DNA of 64,000 nucleotides, from the IMG/VR virus record IMGVR_UViG_3300031227_007858. One strand, given 5' to 3'. The first letter of the stretch is position 1, and each line of letters opens with the position of its first letter. This document shows, one piece after another, positions 46,880-56,389 of this stretch. A model generated the notes under the pieces. The model was not told where the DNA came from. It worked only from the letters and a program-made list of their open reading frames with translations, and ran no database searches. The stretch is from a virus. Made by a program: the position numbers and the translations under genes.

Positions 46880-47671
46880 TTAACTAACTGGATACCCAAA
46901 GTATTCACATTTATCACATAATGGTACCTCGTTTCTTTTACCATCAATATGTAATTGTAAATATTTTTGTCTTAAATCTCCGTTCCAAATTTCATCTAGA
47001 GTATTTTTATACACATTACCTATCACACCTACTCTCTCAGGATCAAATCTGACACACATTGAAACATCTCCATTAACTGATATAGCTAAATGATTTAATG
47101 CTTCTACACAAATACCAATTTCAGGTATAGTTGGTGTTTTTTCATATTTAAAACTACCCATAGGTGAGTGTAATGTTCTAGTAGCGATTAATCCAGGTAA
47201 TTCATACCATCTTTCACTATTTGTTATTTCTCCTAACAACCTGTAAATCACTCTAGGCTTTTTAATACCTTTAATTTCTAAAAACTTTTTAACTATCCCA
47301 TATTGCTCATCTGCTTCAGGATCATTTTCAAAAACAGATATTGTTATAGTATCTAAATTATCTATTATTTTATTAGCATCTTTTAGTAATAACTTTCCAT
47401 TAGTATCTAAACATCTAATTTGTTTTTTAAATAGATGTAGAGCATCAAATAGCTTAGAATATAAAAATGGTTCTCCATTATTATGAAACTGTACTACTAT
47501 GTTTTTAGGTAGTTGTTGAGCAATAGATTTAACTAAACTAAATTCCATATCATCATTAAAAGTAGCTAAATGAGGACAATCTTTTTCTATCTTTCTTCTA
47601 CCACACATCCAACATCTTTTATTACACTTATTTGTTAGTTCGAGATGGATACAATATAATCCTGTTAACAT
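46880..47671 (-). CDS. Radical SAM enzyme with SPASM/twitch-like C-terminal cysteines
   Basis: CIHLELTNKCNKRCWMC (CxxxCxxC). C-terminal CVEAL...CVRF...CDKCEY. Confidence 0.65.
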   Translation of the reverse strand: MLTGLYCIHLELTNKCNKRCWMCGRRKIEKDCPHLATFNDDMEFSLVKSIAQQLPKNIVVQFHNNGEPFLYSKLFDALHLFKKQIRCLDTNGKLLLKDANKIIDNLDTITISVFENDPEADEQYGIVKKFLEIKGIKKPRVIYRLLGEITNSERWYELPGLIATRTLHSPMGSFKYEKTPTIPEIGICVEALNHLAISVNGDVSMCVRFDPERVGVIGNVYKNTLDEIWNGDLRQKYLQLHIDGKRNEVPLCDKCEYFGYPVS

Positions 47672-47673
47672 TT

Positions 47674-48174
47674 TTATTCATACTCTCCTTTTATATCATC
47701 AATTCCAAACTTTTTATCAATTAGTATAGCTATTTTTCTTACATCTTCCCAACATTTAAGATAATCATCATATGTATATATCTTATTATTGACTCCATGG
47801 CCTATAGTTAGCCACGTATCTTTTAATTCTTTTATCATACCTCCTAATTCAGTACTTTTAAATGTGTTTGGTATTTCTAATTCATATAAATGGTCGCTTG
47901 CTCCATTAGCCCATAAAGTTATTTGACTACTAAGAGCTAGTATTGGAGTACTGTATATAGGTACTATCTTCTCATACCACCACTTTACATCTTTATTAAA
48001 TCCATAACTATGTTTACTGTCTGGGTTATCACTTAAAATTAACTTTCTTTCTTTTTCTGATTTATTCATAACAAAAGCATAATTACCTATTTTCTCAGAT
48101 AAATCATTGTTCATGTGATAAACAAATAACATTAAATTATATACAAATCCTTTACCAAATTCACTTGTTTTCAT
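47674..48174 (-). CDS. Hypothetical protein
   Basis: ORF with no recognised motif. Confidence 0.35.
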   Translation of the reverse strand: MKTSEFGKGFVYNLMLFVYHMNNDLSEKIGNYAFVMNKSEKERKLILSDNPDSKHSYGFNKDVKWWYEKIVPIYSTPILALSSQITLWANGASDHLYELEIPNTFKSTELGGMIKELKDTWLTIGHGVNNKIYTYDDYLKCWEDVRKIAILIDKKFGIDDIKGEYE

Positions 48175-48189
48175 CTTTTATCTCCTTAC

Positions 48190-48372
48190 TTATAAATCAA
48201 TTTTTAATTTTAAAGAAAAAGGAATAATAGGAGAATTACCATCTAAAACACGTATAAAATTATAATCTATAGCTTTAACTTCTAATCCTGTTTTCTCATT
48301 AAATGTAGCAAGTAATTGTACTATCTTATTTTCCGTTTCTTTTTTTAACTGTCTTATATCTGTCAATTCCAT
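48190..48372 (-). CDS. Hypothetical small protein
   Basis: 60-aa ORF in the co-oriented block. Confidence 0.25.
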   Translation of the reverse strand: MELTDIRQLKKETENKIVQLLATFNEKTGLEVKAIDYNFIRVLDGNSPIIPFSLKLKIDL

Positions 48373-48381
48373 TTCTTCTCC

Positions 48382-49248
48382 TTATTTCCAATGCCCTTTT
48401 ACTCCCTGTGTTCGACTACAAACATCTTCCGTATTTTCATAAGGCTTAACAGGTACTAATGGAGTATTTGATATCTCTACTACATTTTTTAATTGGTCAG
48501 CAGTATATTGTTCATAACTACCATACCCCTGTACAACCCATCTATTCTCTAATGCTTTTCTATCTTCAGGATACCATTTTCTAAAATCATTTACTTCTTG
48601 ACCTGCAGAATTTCTAGGATGAACCTGCCTATGATGTACGTATAAAAATGCTTCTCTACAAAACTCTACTCTTCCTCCTAAAGCAAGTCCTGACATAATA
48701 ACAGAGTTTTCTGCTTGTCCACTTACATGGTCTGTAGGATAACCTTTAATGTCATTTAGTAAAAACTCTCTATTTAAAATGCCAAATGGTGCCATTCTAG
48801 GGCTCCAAGGACATCCACCGAATAAGTAATGCCATTTTTCCTGAACGTCTCCACCATCTTCAATAGGCCTCATAGCAACCATTGTTTTATTATCGTTATA
48901 TTTTTTTTCTCCATCCTTATAGCATTTATAAGCTATGTCTAAAGCATTAGGGCAGTTATTTTTTGGATGATTGTAATCAGAATCGTCTGCTGACCAGTGT
49001 ATTAACTCACCTTTTGCTTCCCAGAATGCAATCATGTAAGATTGGCAAGGCTTTACAGTTGCATAAATATATTTAAACTCAGGGTATTTAGATGCGTCCA
49101 AATCTGGCTTTACATCTCCTACAAATATTACTTCATATTTTATTTTATTTTCTTTAAGAGAATCTAAAAACCTTTCCCAGTTTTTAAATCCATTTTGTAA
49201 AATTGGTCTATTAGCTGATGCACAAATTGAAATTTGAATATCTTCCAC
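48382..49248 (-). CDS. Hypothetical protein; possible glycosyltransferase-like
   Basis: ISICASANRP N-terminal strand and an HWSADDSDY acidic motif. Weak. Confidence 0.3.
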   Translation of the reverse strand: MEDIQISICASANRPILQNGFKNWERFLDSLKENKIKYEVIFVGDVKPDLDASKYPEFKYIYATVKPCQSYMIAFWEAKGELIHWSADDSDYNHPKNNCPNALDIAYKCYKDGEKKYNDNKTMVAMRPIEDGGDVQEKWHYLFGGCPWSPRMAPFGILNREFLLNDIKGYPTDHVSGQAENSVIMSGLALGGRVEFCREAFLYVHHRQVHPRNSAGQEVNDFRKWYPEDRKALENRWVVQGYGSYEQYTADQLKNVVEISNTPLVPVKPYENTEDVCSRTQGVKGHWK

Positions 49249-49424
49249 TCTTTTTCTCCTCTTATGTAGTGTGTTCTATTTTTACTGCATTATCTTCAAT
49301 TAACTGAATAAATTTTGTAATAGGAACATAATAATAACCATCTTTTAAACTTATTTTCAATGCTATTTTTCTACCACTTTCAGTTGTTACAGTATAAACA
49401 TCTTTGTCAATAACATAGAGTTCG

Positions 49425-49670
49425 TCACTTTTCATTATTTTTCTTCTCTTTTATATAATTATATTCTCCTTCTATTTGTTTTCCACAATCATTACATTTC
49501 CAAATAACTTCATTGATATTTTCTTTAACCATATTTCTAGATTCTGAATGATACATATCAAAACTATCATCTACTAACATGACAGGTCTTAGAATGGGTA
49601 CTAAATTACCTCCACATTTACAAGTAGTTGCTGATGGTAAATTGATTGTAACATGTGTATTATTTAACAT
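49425..49670 (-). CDS. Zinc-ribbon protein
   Basis: CKCGG ... CNDCGKQ. Confidence 0.35.
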   Translation of the reverse strand: MLNNTHVTINLPSATTCKCGGNLVPILRPVMLVDDSFDMYHSESRNMVKENINEVIWKCNDCGKQIEGEYNYIKEKKNNEK

Positions 49671-49683
49671 TTTATATTCTCCT

Positions 49684-49839
49684 TGGAATTATAGACTGTG
49701 TTGAGCTAAACATTTTTACTTTGCCAGTACCGTTACAATCTAAACATTTTTTTCCTGTTTCTTCATCAATAGTTGCTCCGTCACAATTTGGACAAATAAT
49801 AGTGGTAGTATTCCGTGCTTTAGGTTTTGCTTTCATTTT
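49684..49839 (-). CDS. DnaJ-type zinc-finger mini-protein (about 51 aa)
   Basis: CPNCDGATIDEETGKKCLDCNGTGKV contains a CxxCxG...CxxCxGxG repeat. Under 60 aa, so absent from the ORF track. Confidence 0.3.
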
Positions 49840-50032
49840 TTATCTCCTTTTCACATTGAAAAACTAAATAAATATCGTTATCATCTTCTTCAATATCTAC
49901 AATTTTCGCTTCTTTTGGCACTCCAGATAAACTATCAATAAGAGATTGAACATTTTTCCCAGTCCATACACCTACAAGATATTCACACCTTACTATTTTA
50001 GTTTCTAATCTTTTTTCAAAACTTCTTCTCAT
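49820..50032 (-). CDS. Hypothetical protein
   Basis: ORF with no recognised motif. Confidence 0.3.
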   Translation of the reverse strand: MRRSFEKRLETKIVRCEYLVGVWTGKNVQSLIDSLSGVPKEAKIVDIEEDDNDIYLVFQCEKEIKNESKT

Positions 50033-50054
50033 TTTTTACCTCTCTTTGTTTGAG

Positions 50055-50429
50055 TTAAATCCATAAATTTAAAAAATGTTCTGCAAATAAGTTAATTCCT
50101 TCACTTATTTTTTCTTTATGTTTTATTTCATAAGAAATGTCGTCTCTATTTATAGCTTTAAATGAAAATATTATTTTATTTAGAACTATTTTCCACTTTT
50201 TAGGTGTTAATCCTATTGGATAACTATATGAGTTATTTTTAAATGCTTCTAATCTTGGAACTAAAAATTCAGATATAGTATGGTATAACCCAAAAATATC
50301 AAGATATTCAAAATCATATTCTTTTCTAAAAGCAACGCACTTTTTACACCTACACTTTTTTTTCTTTACTTCCTCACCTTTATTACATTCATAAGTTGGA
50401 TTTGATTTCATATATACTTTTGCTATCAT
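50055..50429 (-). CDS. Hypothetical protein (Cys-rich N-terminus)
   Basis: CNKGEEVKKKKCRCKKC. Confidence 0.35.
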   Translation of the reverse strand: MIAKVYMKSNPTYECNKGEEVKKKKCRCKKCVAFRKEYDFEYLDIFGLYHTISEFLVPRLEAFKNNSYSYPIGLTPKKWKIVLNKIIFSFKAINRDDISYEIKHKEKISEGINLFAEHFLNLWI

Positions 50430-50634
50430 TTCACTTCTCTACTTATTTGTTTGAGTTAATCCAACATAAAATCGTAGTCGGGGTATTTTTCTTTATAATC
50501 TTCTATATTCATACCCCAACCACGAGCAAAATCGTCTGGAGTAGATTTGTCAAAATCTTTTTTTCCATTAAGATGTATTATTTTAAACCTTAAAATAGCA
50601 CCATCCCAAGAAGCTATTATTTTTCCTTTTTCCA

Positions 50635-51492
50635 TTATTTAATGTTTATTAAAGGACTAATTCCTATATTCTCAGGTACAAATATTACAGTATTATTAGG
50701 ACTATCAACAAGCTCTTTCATCATCGATATTTTATACCAACTTAAATAAGATGGAGTTAATCCTTGTGCAATAATTGCATTAGCTTCTTTAATACCCTGT
50801 GCTTCAATTACTTTTCTATCTTTTTCTTGCACAGCTTTTTGTAATACAAATTCCATTTTACGAGCATCTTGTTCTGCTACTAGTTTCGAGTTAATAGCAT
50901 CTGATAACTCTTTAGGAAGTGATACATTTCTAAGTAAGAGTTTCTCAAATAGGATACCTTTCTCTTGTAATGCTTTAGCTGTTTTCTCCTGTATCTCTAA
51001 TGATATTTGCTCTCTCTTCTTTGAGTATATTACTTGTGCTGAATATTTAGCTACTACATCTCTAATAGCGGTTCTTAATGTAGGTCTAATAATTTTTTCT
51101 TCATAATTCATACCTACATTCTTATATAGTTCCCATGCTTTAGAAGGCTCTATACGATACCAAGCAGTTAAATCTAATCTAACAGTTAACCCCTCTAATG
51201 ATAGAGCATCAATAGCGTCATCGCCTTTTTTAAATCCTTCATTTTCCATTATACTCATTGTATACTCTTGCAATCTTACATTCATATTGCTTATTCTAGC
51301 GAGAGGATTTTTCACGGTTAATCCAGATTGAATAACTTCATTTTTTACTTTACCAAACATATGATATACTCCCACTTTACCAACTCCTACTACTCTTACG
51401 CTTGTTATTAGAAATAATCCCAATAACACTAAAGTAACAATAGTACCAACAAACATAAAATCTGACAACTTTACTCTTCTACTTTCTCCCAT
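50635..51492 (-). CDS. SPFH/band-7 (stomatin/prohibitin/HflKC-like) membrane protein
   Basis: N-terminal TM helix. VRVVGVGKVGVYHMFGKVKNEVIQSGLTVKNPLARISNMNVRLQE shows the SPFH core, followed by a coiled-coil-like tail. Confidence 0.65.
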   Translation of the reverse strand: MGESRRVKLSDFMFVGTIVTLVLLGLFLITSVRVVGVGKVGVYHMFGKVKNEVIQSGLTVKNPLARISNMNVRLQEYTMSIMENEGFKKGDDAIDALSLEGLTVRLDLTAWYRIEPSKAWELYKNVGMNYEEKIIRPTLRTAIRDVVAKYSAQVIYSKKREQISLEIQEKTAKALQEKGILFEKLLLRNVSLPKELSDAINSKLVAEQDARKMEFVLQKAVQEKDRKVIEAQGIKEANAIIAQGLTPSYLSWYKISMMKELVDSPNNTVIFVPENIGISPLINIK

Positions 51493-51503
51493 CTTACTCC
51501 TCC

Positions 51504-51782
51504 TTACAGATTAAAAATTAACATACTTACTACATACCCTACTACAATTATAGATAACAGAAACAAACTACATTTCAACAATGTAAAATCTTTTTTTTGT
51601 TGAGGCATTATTTCTGGAGTTGTATTCCACGTATTTTTATAATGTTTTTCTTTAAATAATTTTTGTATATTTGTTTTCTTACTTACTAAATCAACATAAC
51701 TAACATTTGATGCAGTATAAGGTATATAAGATGCACTGCTACCATAATCAAAACCGCTACAGCTAGGTGGGAATTTACCCAT
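51504..51782 (-). CDS. C-terminally anchored small membrane protein
   Basis: C-terminal LLKCSLFLLSIIVVGYVVSMLIFNL. Confidence 0.35.
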   Translation of the reverse strand: MGKFPPSCSGFDYGSSASYIPYTASNVSYVDLVSKKTNIQKLFKEKHYKNTWNTTPEIMPQQKKDFTLLKCSLFLLSIIVVGYVVSMLIFNL

Positions 51783-51794
51783 AAAAATCTCCTT

Positions 51795-52046
51795 TTAAAA
51801 TGAATTAAGTTTATCATGTTTCCATTCTTTAAACTCTTTTTGTAATACTCGACTATCTTCATACATATTTACAGATACTCCTTTTTCGTGGCAGAAATAT
51901 TCTACATCTCCATAATTCTCAGATTTGGACTCATATGGCATTCTATTTTCTTGGATATCTATAAATTTCGGAACAGCAATAGCTGACAGTATTGCTATAA
52001 TCACTATTACCATTATTAACTCGATTAATGGAAATCCTTTTTTCAT
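51795..52046 (-). CDS. Type IV pilin / pseudopilin-like protein (class III signal peptide)
   Basis: MKKGFPLIELIMVIVIIAILSAIAVPKF shows the G|F(P/T)LIE prepilin-peptidase cleavage motif with Glu at +5 and a hydrophobic helix. Confidence 0.55.
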   Translation of the reverse strand: MKKGFPLIELIMVIVIIAILSAIAVPKFIDIQENRMPYESKSENYGDVEYFCHEKGVSVNMYEDSRVLQKEFKEWKHDKLNSF

Positions 52047-52069
52047 CTTTTCCCCCCCTTACTCACTTT

Positions 52070-52462
52070 TTAAAATTTATTAAATAATCTTTTCCACCAT
52101 GTTATATTTTTGATCCTGTAATTTTCATCCCTACTACCTTTATTTATAAAACCATCTTTTTTCTTATTAATTCTCTCTAATGTATATCTTTCTAAATCAT
52201 CTTTATAAATCTGTACTAAATTTTCAATAATCCCATTATCATTTTCCTGTATTAAATATCTTGTTCTTTTTTCACCTATCGGATTATAAAACTCTCTTAC
52301 TTTATATGTTAATATTTCATCGTTTACTATTTCAGAACAAGTATCAGTATTTTCTATTAACTCTGATATATCTGATTCCTCATATAGTTTATAAAAACAA
52401 TACTTAAGTCTTGGAGATAAATCTAAAATTTCCTGTTTGATATCTATTTTAATATGTTTCAT
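52070..52462 (-). CDS. Hypothetical protein
   Basis: ORF with no recognised motif. Confidence 0.35.
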   Translation of the reverse strand: MKHIKIDIKQEILDLSPRLKYCFYKLYEESDISELIENTDTCSEIVNDEILTYKVREFYNPIGEKRTRYLIQENDNGIIENLVQIYKDDLERYTLERINKKKDGFINKGSRDENYRIKNITWWKRLFNKF

Positions 52463-52683
52463 TTTATTTTTTCCTTGTCTTGTTTATTCCACCTAATAAA
52501 ATTTCTTATATTTATACAAATTGCAGGTGATACAACTATTAGTAATCCATAAACTTTTGTTTTAAAGGCAGTAATAATCCAAAATATTCCTCCTACTATA
52601 AGTAATATAAACCCAATTTTATTTTTATTACCTACTTTCCAAGTACCTAATAACTCTAACACCCCTGCTACATAATCTACCAT
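52459..52683 (-). CDS. Small two-helix membrane protein
   Basis: FILLIVGGIFWIITAF and LLIVVSPAICI hydrophobic segments. Confidence 0.35.
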   Translation of the reverse strand: MVDYVAGVLELLGTWKVGNKNKIGFILLIVGGIFWIITAFKTKVYGLLIVVSPAICINIRNFIRWNKQDKEKIK

Positions 52684-53297
52684 TATATTATTCCATCTGC
52701 TAAACCTAACTCAATAGCTTCTTCAGGTATCATATACTTATCATATTTCATTAGATTTTGAAGTTTTTCTCTAGTATATTTAGGATATACTTCTTTAATT
52801 CTATCTAAATATATATTCTCCATTATAGTATTTTCTCTTGACACTTCTTTAGCAAACATCTCAAGATTTTTTGCATGCACTATATCTACCCCTGCTGTTC
52901 CATAATGAATCATGAATAAGCAATTAGGAGCTAATAATCTTTCATTACAAGCTTGTAGTATTACAGTACCCATTGACCTTATACGCCCATAAGCTTTTAT
53001 TCTTACATTGCTTTTAATCTCTCTTATTATATCAAATATTGCTATACCTGAATCCCAATCCCCTCCATAGCTTAACCAGTTAATAGTAATAGCTCTGTGA
53101 TTTCTCTTATCTAAAAATTGTAATCCTTTAATTATATTTTGAGCTGTCCAATCATTAACTTCCCAAGTTTTATCATCAGCTACCATTTCTTCATTCGGTT
53201 GCCAAGGACAAAAATAAATCACTCTGTTATTTACATCAATATTACGAGTATAAAGGCGTTCAAATTTTTCAATATCTACTTTTAATTCTCTTTTCAT
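52683..53297 (-). CDS. ClpP-family (S14) serine peptidase-like protein; NfeD-like partner candidate for the nearby SPFH protein
   Basis: ITINWLSYGGDWDSGIAIFDIIREIKSNVRIKAYGRIRSMGTVILQA...LFMIHYG parallels ClpP (INSPGG.V.AG.AIYDTM.....V.T.C.G.AASM...HQP) with Ser in SMG and His in MIHYG. Confidence 0.55.
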   Translation of the reverse strand: MKRELKVDIEKFERLYTRNIDVNNRVIYFCPWQPNEEMVADDKTWEVNDWTAQNIIKGLQFLDKRNHRAITINWLSYGGDWDSGIAIFDIIREIKSNVRIKAYGRIRSMGTVILQACNERLLAPNCLFMIHYGTAGVDIVHAKNLEMFAKEVSRENTIMENIYLDRIKEVYPKYTREKLQNLMKYDKYMIPEEAIELGLADGII

Positions 53298-53926
53298 CTA
53301 ATTCTCCTTTTGAACTCCCTAGATTTCTGGTGATGGAGTACCACTGGTTCACATTTTACTAAAGGTTCTTGTCCTTGAGGTCTAGTAGCAACGAAACAAT
53401 ATTCTACAGGTAGTTCGTAAATTTTTATATCATATTTTTTAATTACTCTAGCTAAACATTTCTGTTCCCACTCATTAGTTTGTACTGCCATATTATACCA
53501 TTCTTTGCATAAATCTTCTACAACTTTTCTAGGTCTAAAAAACATAGTTCCAGTTAATAACTCTCTTGTTTTATCTCCTCTATAACCATACCAAGTTTCC
53601 CAATTTAAATAATGAAAAGCTATATCATATTCTTCTGGTATGTCGTGAAAAAGCTGTGGATATCTTTCTATTGTAGCATCTGAATCCAAGAAAACAAGAC
53701 TATCTTTTTGTAAATCTTTTAACTGTCCTAACATATTTAATATTACTTTTGGCTTCTCAGCTACATTTTTATACCAACTATTTTGATTTGGGATTTCACT
53801 GCACGATATATCTAAATCCCATTTATTAATTGACTTTTTTAAATATTCCTCATAAACTTGTTTATATGGAGTATCAGTGGTAAAAAATGTGCCTATTAAA
53901 AAGTTATTCATACTACTGCTCCACAA
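53294..53926 (-). CDS. Hypothetical protein; possible nucleotide-diphospho-sugar transferase fold
   Basis: SLVFLDSDATI DxD-like motif. Confidence 0.3.
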   Translation of the reverse strand: MWSSSMNNFLIGTFFTTDTPYKQVYEEYLKKSINKWDLDISCSEIPNQNSWYKNVAEKPKVILNMLGQLKDLQKDSLVFLDSDATIERYPQLFHDIPEEYDIAFHYLNWETWYGYRGDKTRELLTGTMFFRPRKVVEDLCKEWYNMAVQTNEWEQKCLARVIKKYDIKIYELPVEYCFVATRPQGQEPLVKCEPVVLHHQKSREFKRRIR

Positions 53927-54486
53927 TGTTTAATTCTAATATTAGTATCTACTCCTATTTTTAATTTGTAGTTTTTATCTTGTAATCTTTTATAAAACAT
54001 AGTATCTCCAGACTCAAACTTCTTATTTATAAATGCTGTTTTAAATATATCTGTTCCAAACTCTTTTAATGCTTTTCTAATAACACTTTTTTTAATCATT
54101 AAAAATCCAAAAGGTGTAACATCACAATCTACTATCCCATATCCTTCCTCAAGATTTAAATATTTATCATCTTTTAAACATAATAGTCTAGATGGATTAG
54201 CACGGGCAAATGTCATACCATGTAAAGCATCGTATTTAGACTCTTTAAAATGTTTCCATAAATCGTGACATTGAGCTAAAGTAAATACATGGTCATCGTC
54301 TAACCAAAATAATGTTTCTTCTCCATATTTAACAGCTAGTTTAGATAACTCATATCTTGAGTTTTCCAAATCTAAACCACCTTTAACAATAAGAGGTATA
54401 CCTGTTTGTGCTAATTGTAATGCACAAGCATATGCTTCGCTTGGCACTTGCTTATAGGTTGCAATTAATACTGTTGTATTATTCAT
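53908..54486 (-). CDS. Glycosyltransferase-like protein (GT-A-like)
   Basis: TTVLIATYKQ N-terminal strand and an FWLDDDHVF DxD motif. Confidence 0.4.
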   Translation of the reverse strand: MNNTTVLIATYKQVPSEAYACALQLAQTGIPLIVKGGLDLENSRYELSKLAVKYGEETLFWLDDDHVFTLAQCHDLWKHFKESKYDALHGMTFARANPSRLLCLKDDKYLNLEEGYGIVDCDVTPFGFLMIKKSVIRKALKEFGTDIFKTAFINKKFESGDTMFYKRLQDKNYKLKIGVDTNIRIKHCGAVV

Positions 54487-54988
54487 TATTTTTTAATAAT
54501 TCTGGATTTTCATATATATTACCGATTACTTCAAATATATTACTATCTATCTTTCTGTCTTCCCACACTCTTTCAAGTGCGTTGATGTAACGGTATATCT
54601 GCTTTAATGATTTGATTTCTAATATTTCTTTATGAGAGCTTGTTTTCCATTTATCATGAGGTATCTCTTCATCCTCTTTTTTTACCTGTACAATGTTTAG
54701 AAATCCAAGAGGTTTGCTTTCAATTTTGCTGACATAGTATTCAACTCTACAAATATCACCTTCGTATATATCTACTCCATTAGCTTTAAGCCCTGTATAT
54801 TGCATTAAAATTACTTCTGGCTCAACATTTTCCATTTCTTTACATTCTTTATTAACAGTTGCCCAACCATTACCAAGATGAACACCTGTTCCTTCTACTT
54901 TTACTCCACCGACTAAATATTCAATACTATATACATCCATTATAGAATTAATTGATTTATCCCAAGCTCTAAATTTAATTTCTCTCAT
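54479..54988 (-). CDS. YopX-family protein (paralog 5, with an insert)
   Basis: MREIKFRAWD ... VIGNIYENPELLKNNE. Confidence 0.65.
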   Translation of the reverse strand: MREIKFRAWDKSINSIMDVYSIEYLVGGVKVEGTGVHLGNGWATVNKECKEMENVEPEVILMQYTGLKANGVDIYEGDICRVEYYVSKIESKPLGFLNIVQVKKEDEEIPHDKWKTSSHKEILEIKSLKQIYRYINALERVWEDRKIDSNIFEVIGNIYENPELLKNNE

Positions 54989-55665
54989 TTTTTTATCTCT
55001 AAAAAGTTTATTAACATTTGCCTTACTCTAGTAGGTAATACTATACCTAATAATTTAATATGAAATGGATCTTTTGTTTCTCCACCACTACTTTTAATAT
55101 GGTTAATAATCATTTTATAAATGTTAGCGATCGATAAAGCAATTTGGAATAAAGTGGTTTTGTCTGCTCCTCTTACATGCACCACTCCTTTTGCATTAAT
55201 ACTAATTAAACTATTTATTAAATCTACTACATCTGAAATATATACTGGATAAAGTAATATTTTATTATCATAAGTTACTTCTTTTTTAGCTTTTATTTTT
55301 TTAGCCATTTCTAAAACTAAATCTTTTTCTAGTATATATGGTAATCTTATAATTAAATGTTCATCGTGAGTCTGAATAATCTTTTCCTCTTCATATTTAT
55401 CTTTATATTTAATAGTAGGATTTGGTATTGAATCAAAACTATGTGTTCCACCATTAAATACTTTATCAGTTGATAAATAAATAACATATGTTTTTAAAGA
55501 ACATTTTTTAACTACTTGTTTAGCTTTATTTGAGCAAATAATAACATCTGGATTAATTTCAGTTATTTTATTAACTGAAGTATATCGAAATATATCATGC
55601 TCTTTTTTAAGAGTAGCTTTTAAAGCTTTTCCTAAGTTGCAATCTCCTAATATCAATATTCTCAT
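54985..55665 (-). CDS. NAD(P)-binding Rossmann protein; dTDP-4-dehydrorhamnose reductase (RmlD)-like / sugar epimerase-reductase
   Basis: MRILILGDCNLGKAL glycine-rich start and YLSTDKVFNG resembling the RmlD STDYVFDG motif. Confidence 0.45.
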   Translation of the reverse strand: MRILILGDCNLGKALKATLKKEHDIFRYTSVNKITEINPDVIICSNKAKQVVKKCSLKTYVIYLSTDKVFNGGTHSFDSIPNPTIKYKDKYEEEKIIQTHDEHLIIRLPYILEKDLVLEMAKKIKAKKEVTYDNKILLYPVYISDVVDLINSLISINAKGVVHVRGADKTTLFQIALSIANIYKMIINHIKSSGGETKDPFHIKLLGIVLPTRVRQMLINFLEIKK

Positions 55666-55666
55666 T

Positions 55667-55900
55667 TTACTCCTCGTTTTCTCCTGTTTTACTTTTCATA
55701 TAATCTATTATATTTTGAACTGTTTTCCAACTTTCAGCATCTTCGTCAGATATCTCAATACTATATATATCCTCTAACGCCATCACTATTTCCACGCCAT
55801 CTAAAGAGTCTGTACCTAATTCAGCTAATGTTTGAGACAATTTAATATTAGAATTTAATTGTTCTTCAATAATTTTAATTACTTGTTCTTTTATTTTCAT
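55667..55900 (-). CDS. Acyl carrier protein
   Basis: [29 protein letters not shown] contains the DSL phosphopantetheine-attachment motif and an acidic helix II. 77 aa. Confidence 0.7.
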   Translation of the reverse strand: MKIKEQVIKIIEEQLNSNIKLSQTLAELGTDSLDGVEIVMALEDIYSIEISDEDAESWKTVQNIIDYMKSKTGENEE

Positions 55901-55954
55901 TTTTAATTCTCCTTTAAATTATTCTGCATATCTCTTCTAAAATATCATCTAATT

Positions 55955-56389
55955 TCATTTCACCACCTTTATAACCTTACCTTGTTCTATTGCTTTGGAG
56001 ATTGCTTGTTCTACATCTACAACCCAATCTTCACAATCGGAGTTTTTACTTCCAATAAATGCATTAGCTATAGTCTTGTTTAATTCTTTTCTATCAACCT
56101 CTACCTGTCTATTGCAGAGTTGATTGTGTCCTATCATTTTACTTATACCATGACAATTTTCTTCAGAGTGAATAACATTTGAAGGTGGTTCGTCTATTGG
56201 TGAATTTCCACCAACAGTTTCCTTCCCCTCTAACCCACCTATTACATTCATCACTACTAATTTCTTCTTTTTAATATTTCCATAATTTTCCAATGCATCT
56301 GGATAAAGTTCCCATAACATTCCACTCTTTTTTAATATATTGAATTGATTCTCTGTTAAATCTTTTAGTTCTTTCATTTTACCTCTCAT
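55955..56389 (-). CDS. Hypothetical protein
   Basis: ORF with no recognised motif. Confidence 0.35.
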   Translation of the reverse strand: MRGKMKELKDLTENQFNILKKSGMLWELYPDALENYGNIKKKKLVVMNVIGGLEGKETVGGNSPIDEPPSNVIHSEENCHGISKMIGHNQLCNRQVEVDRKELNKTIANAFIGSKNSDCEDWVVDVEQAISKAIEQGKVIKVVK

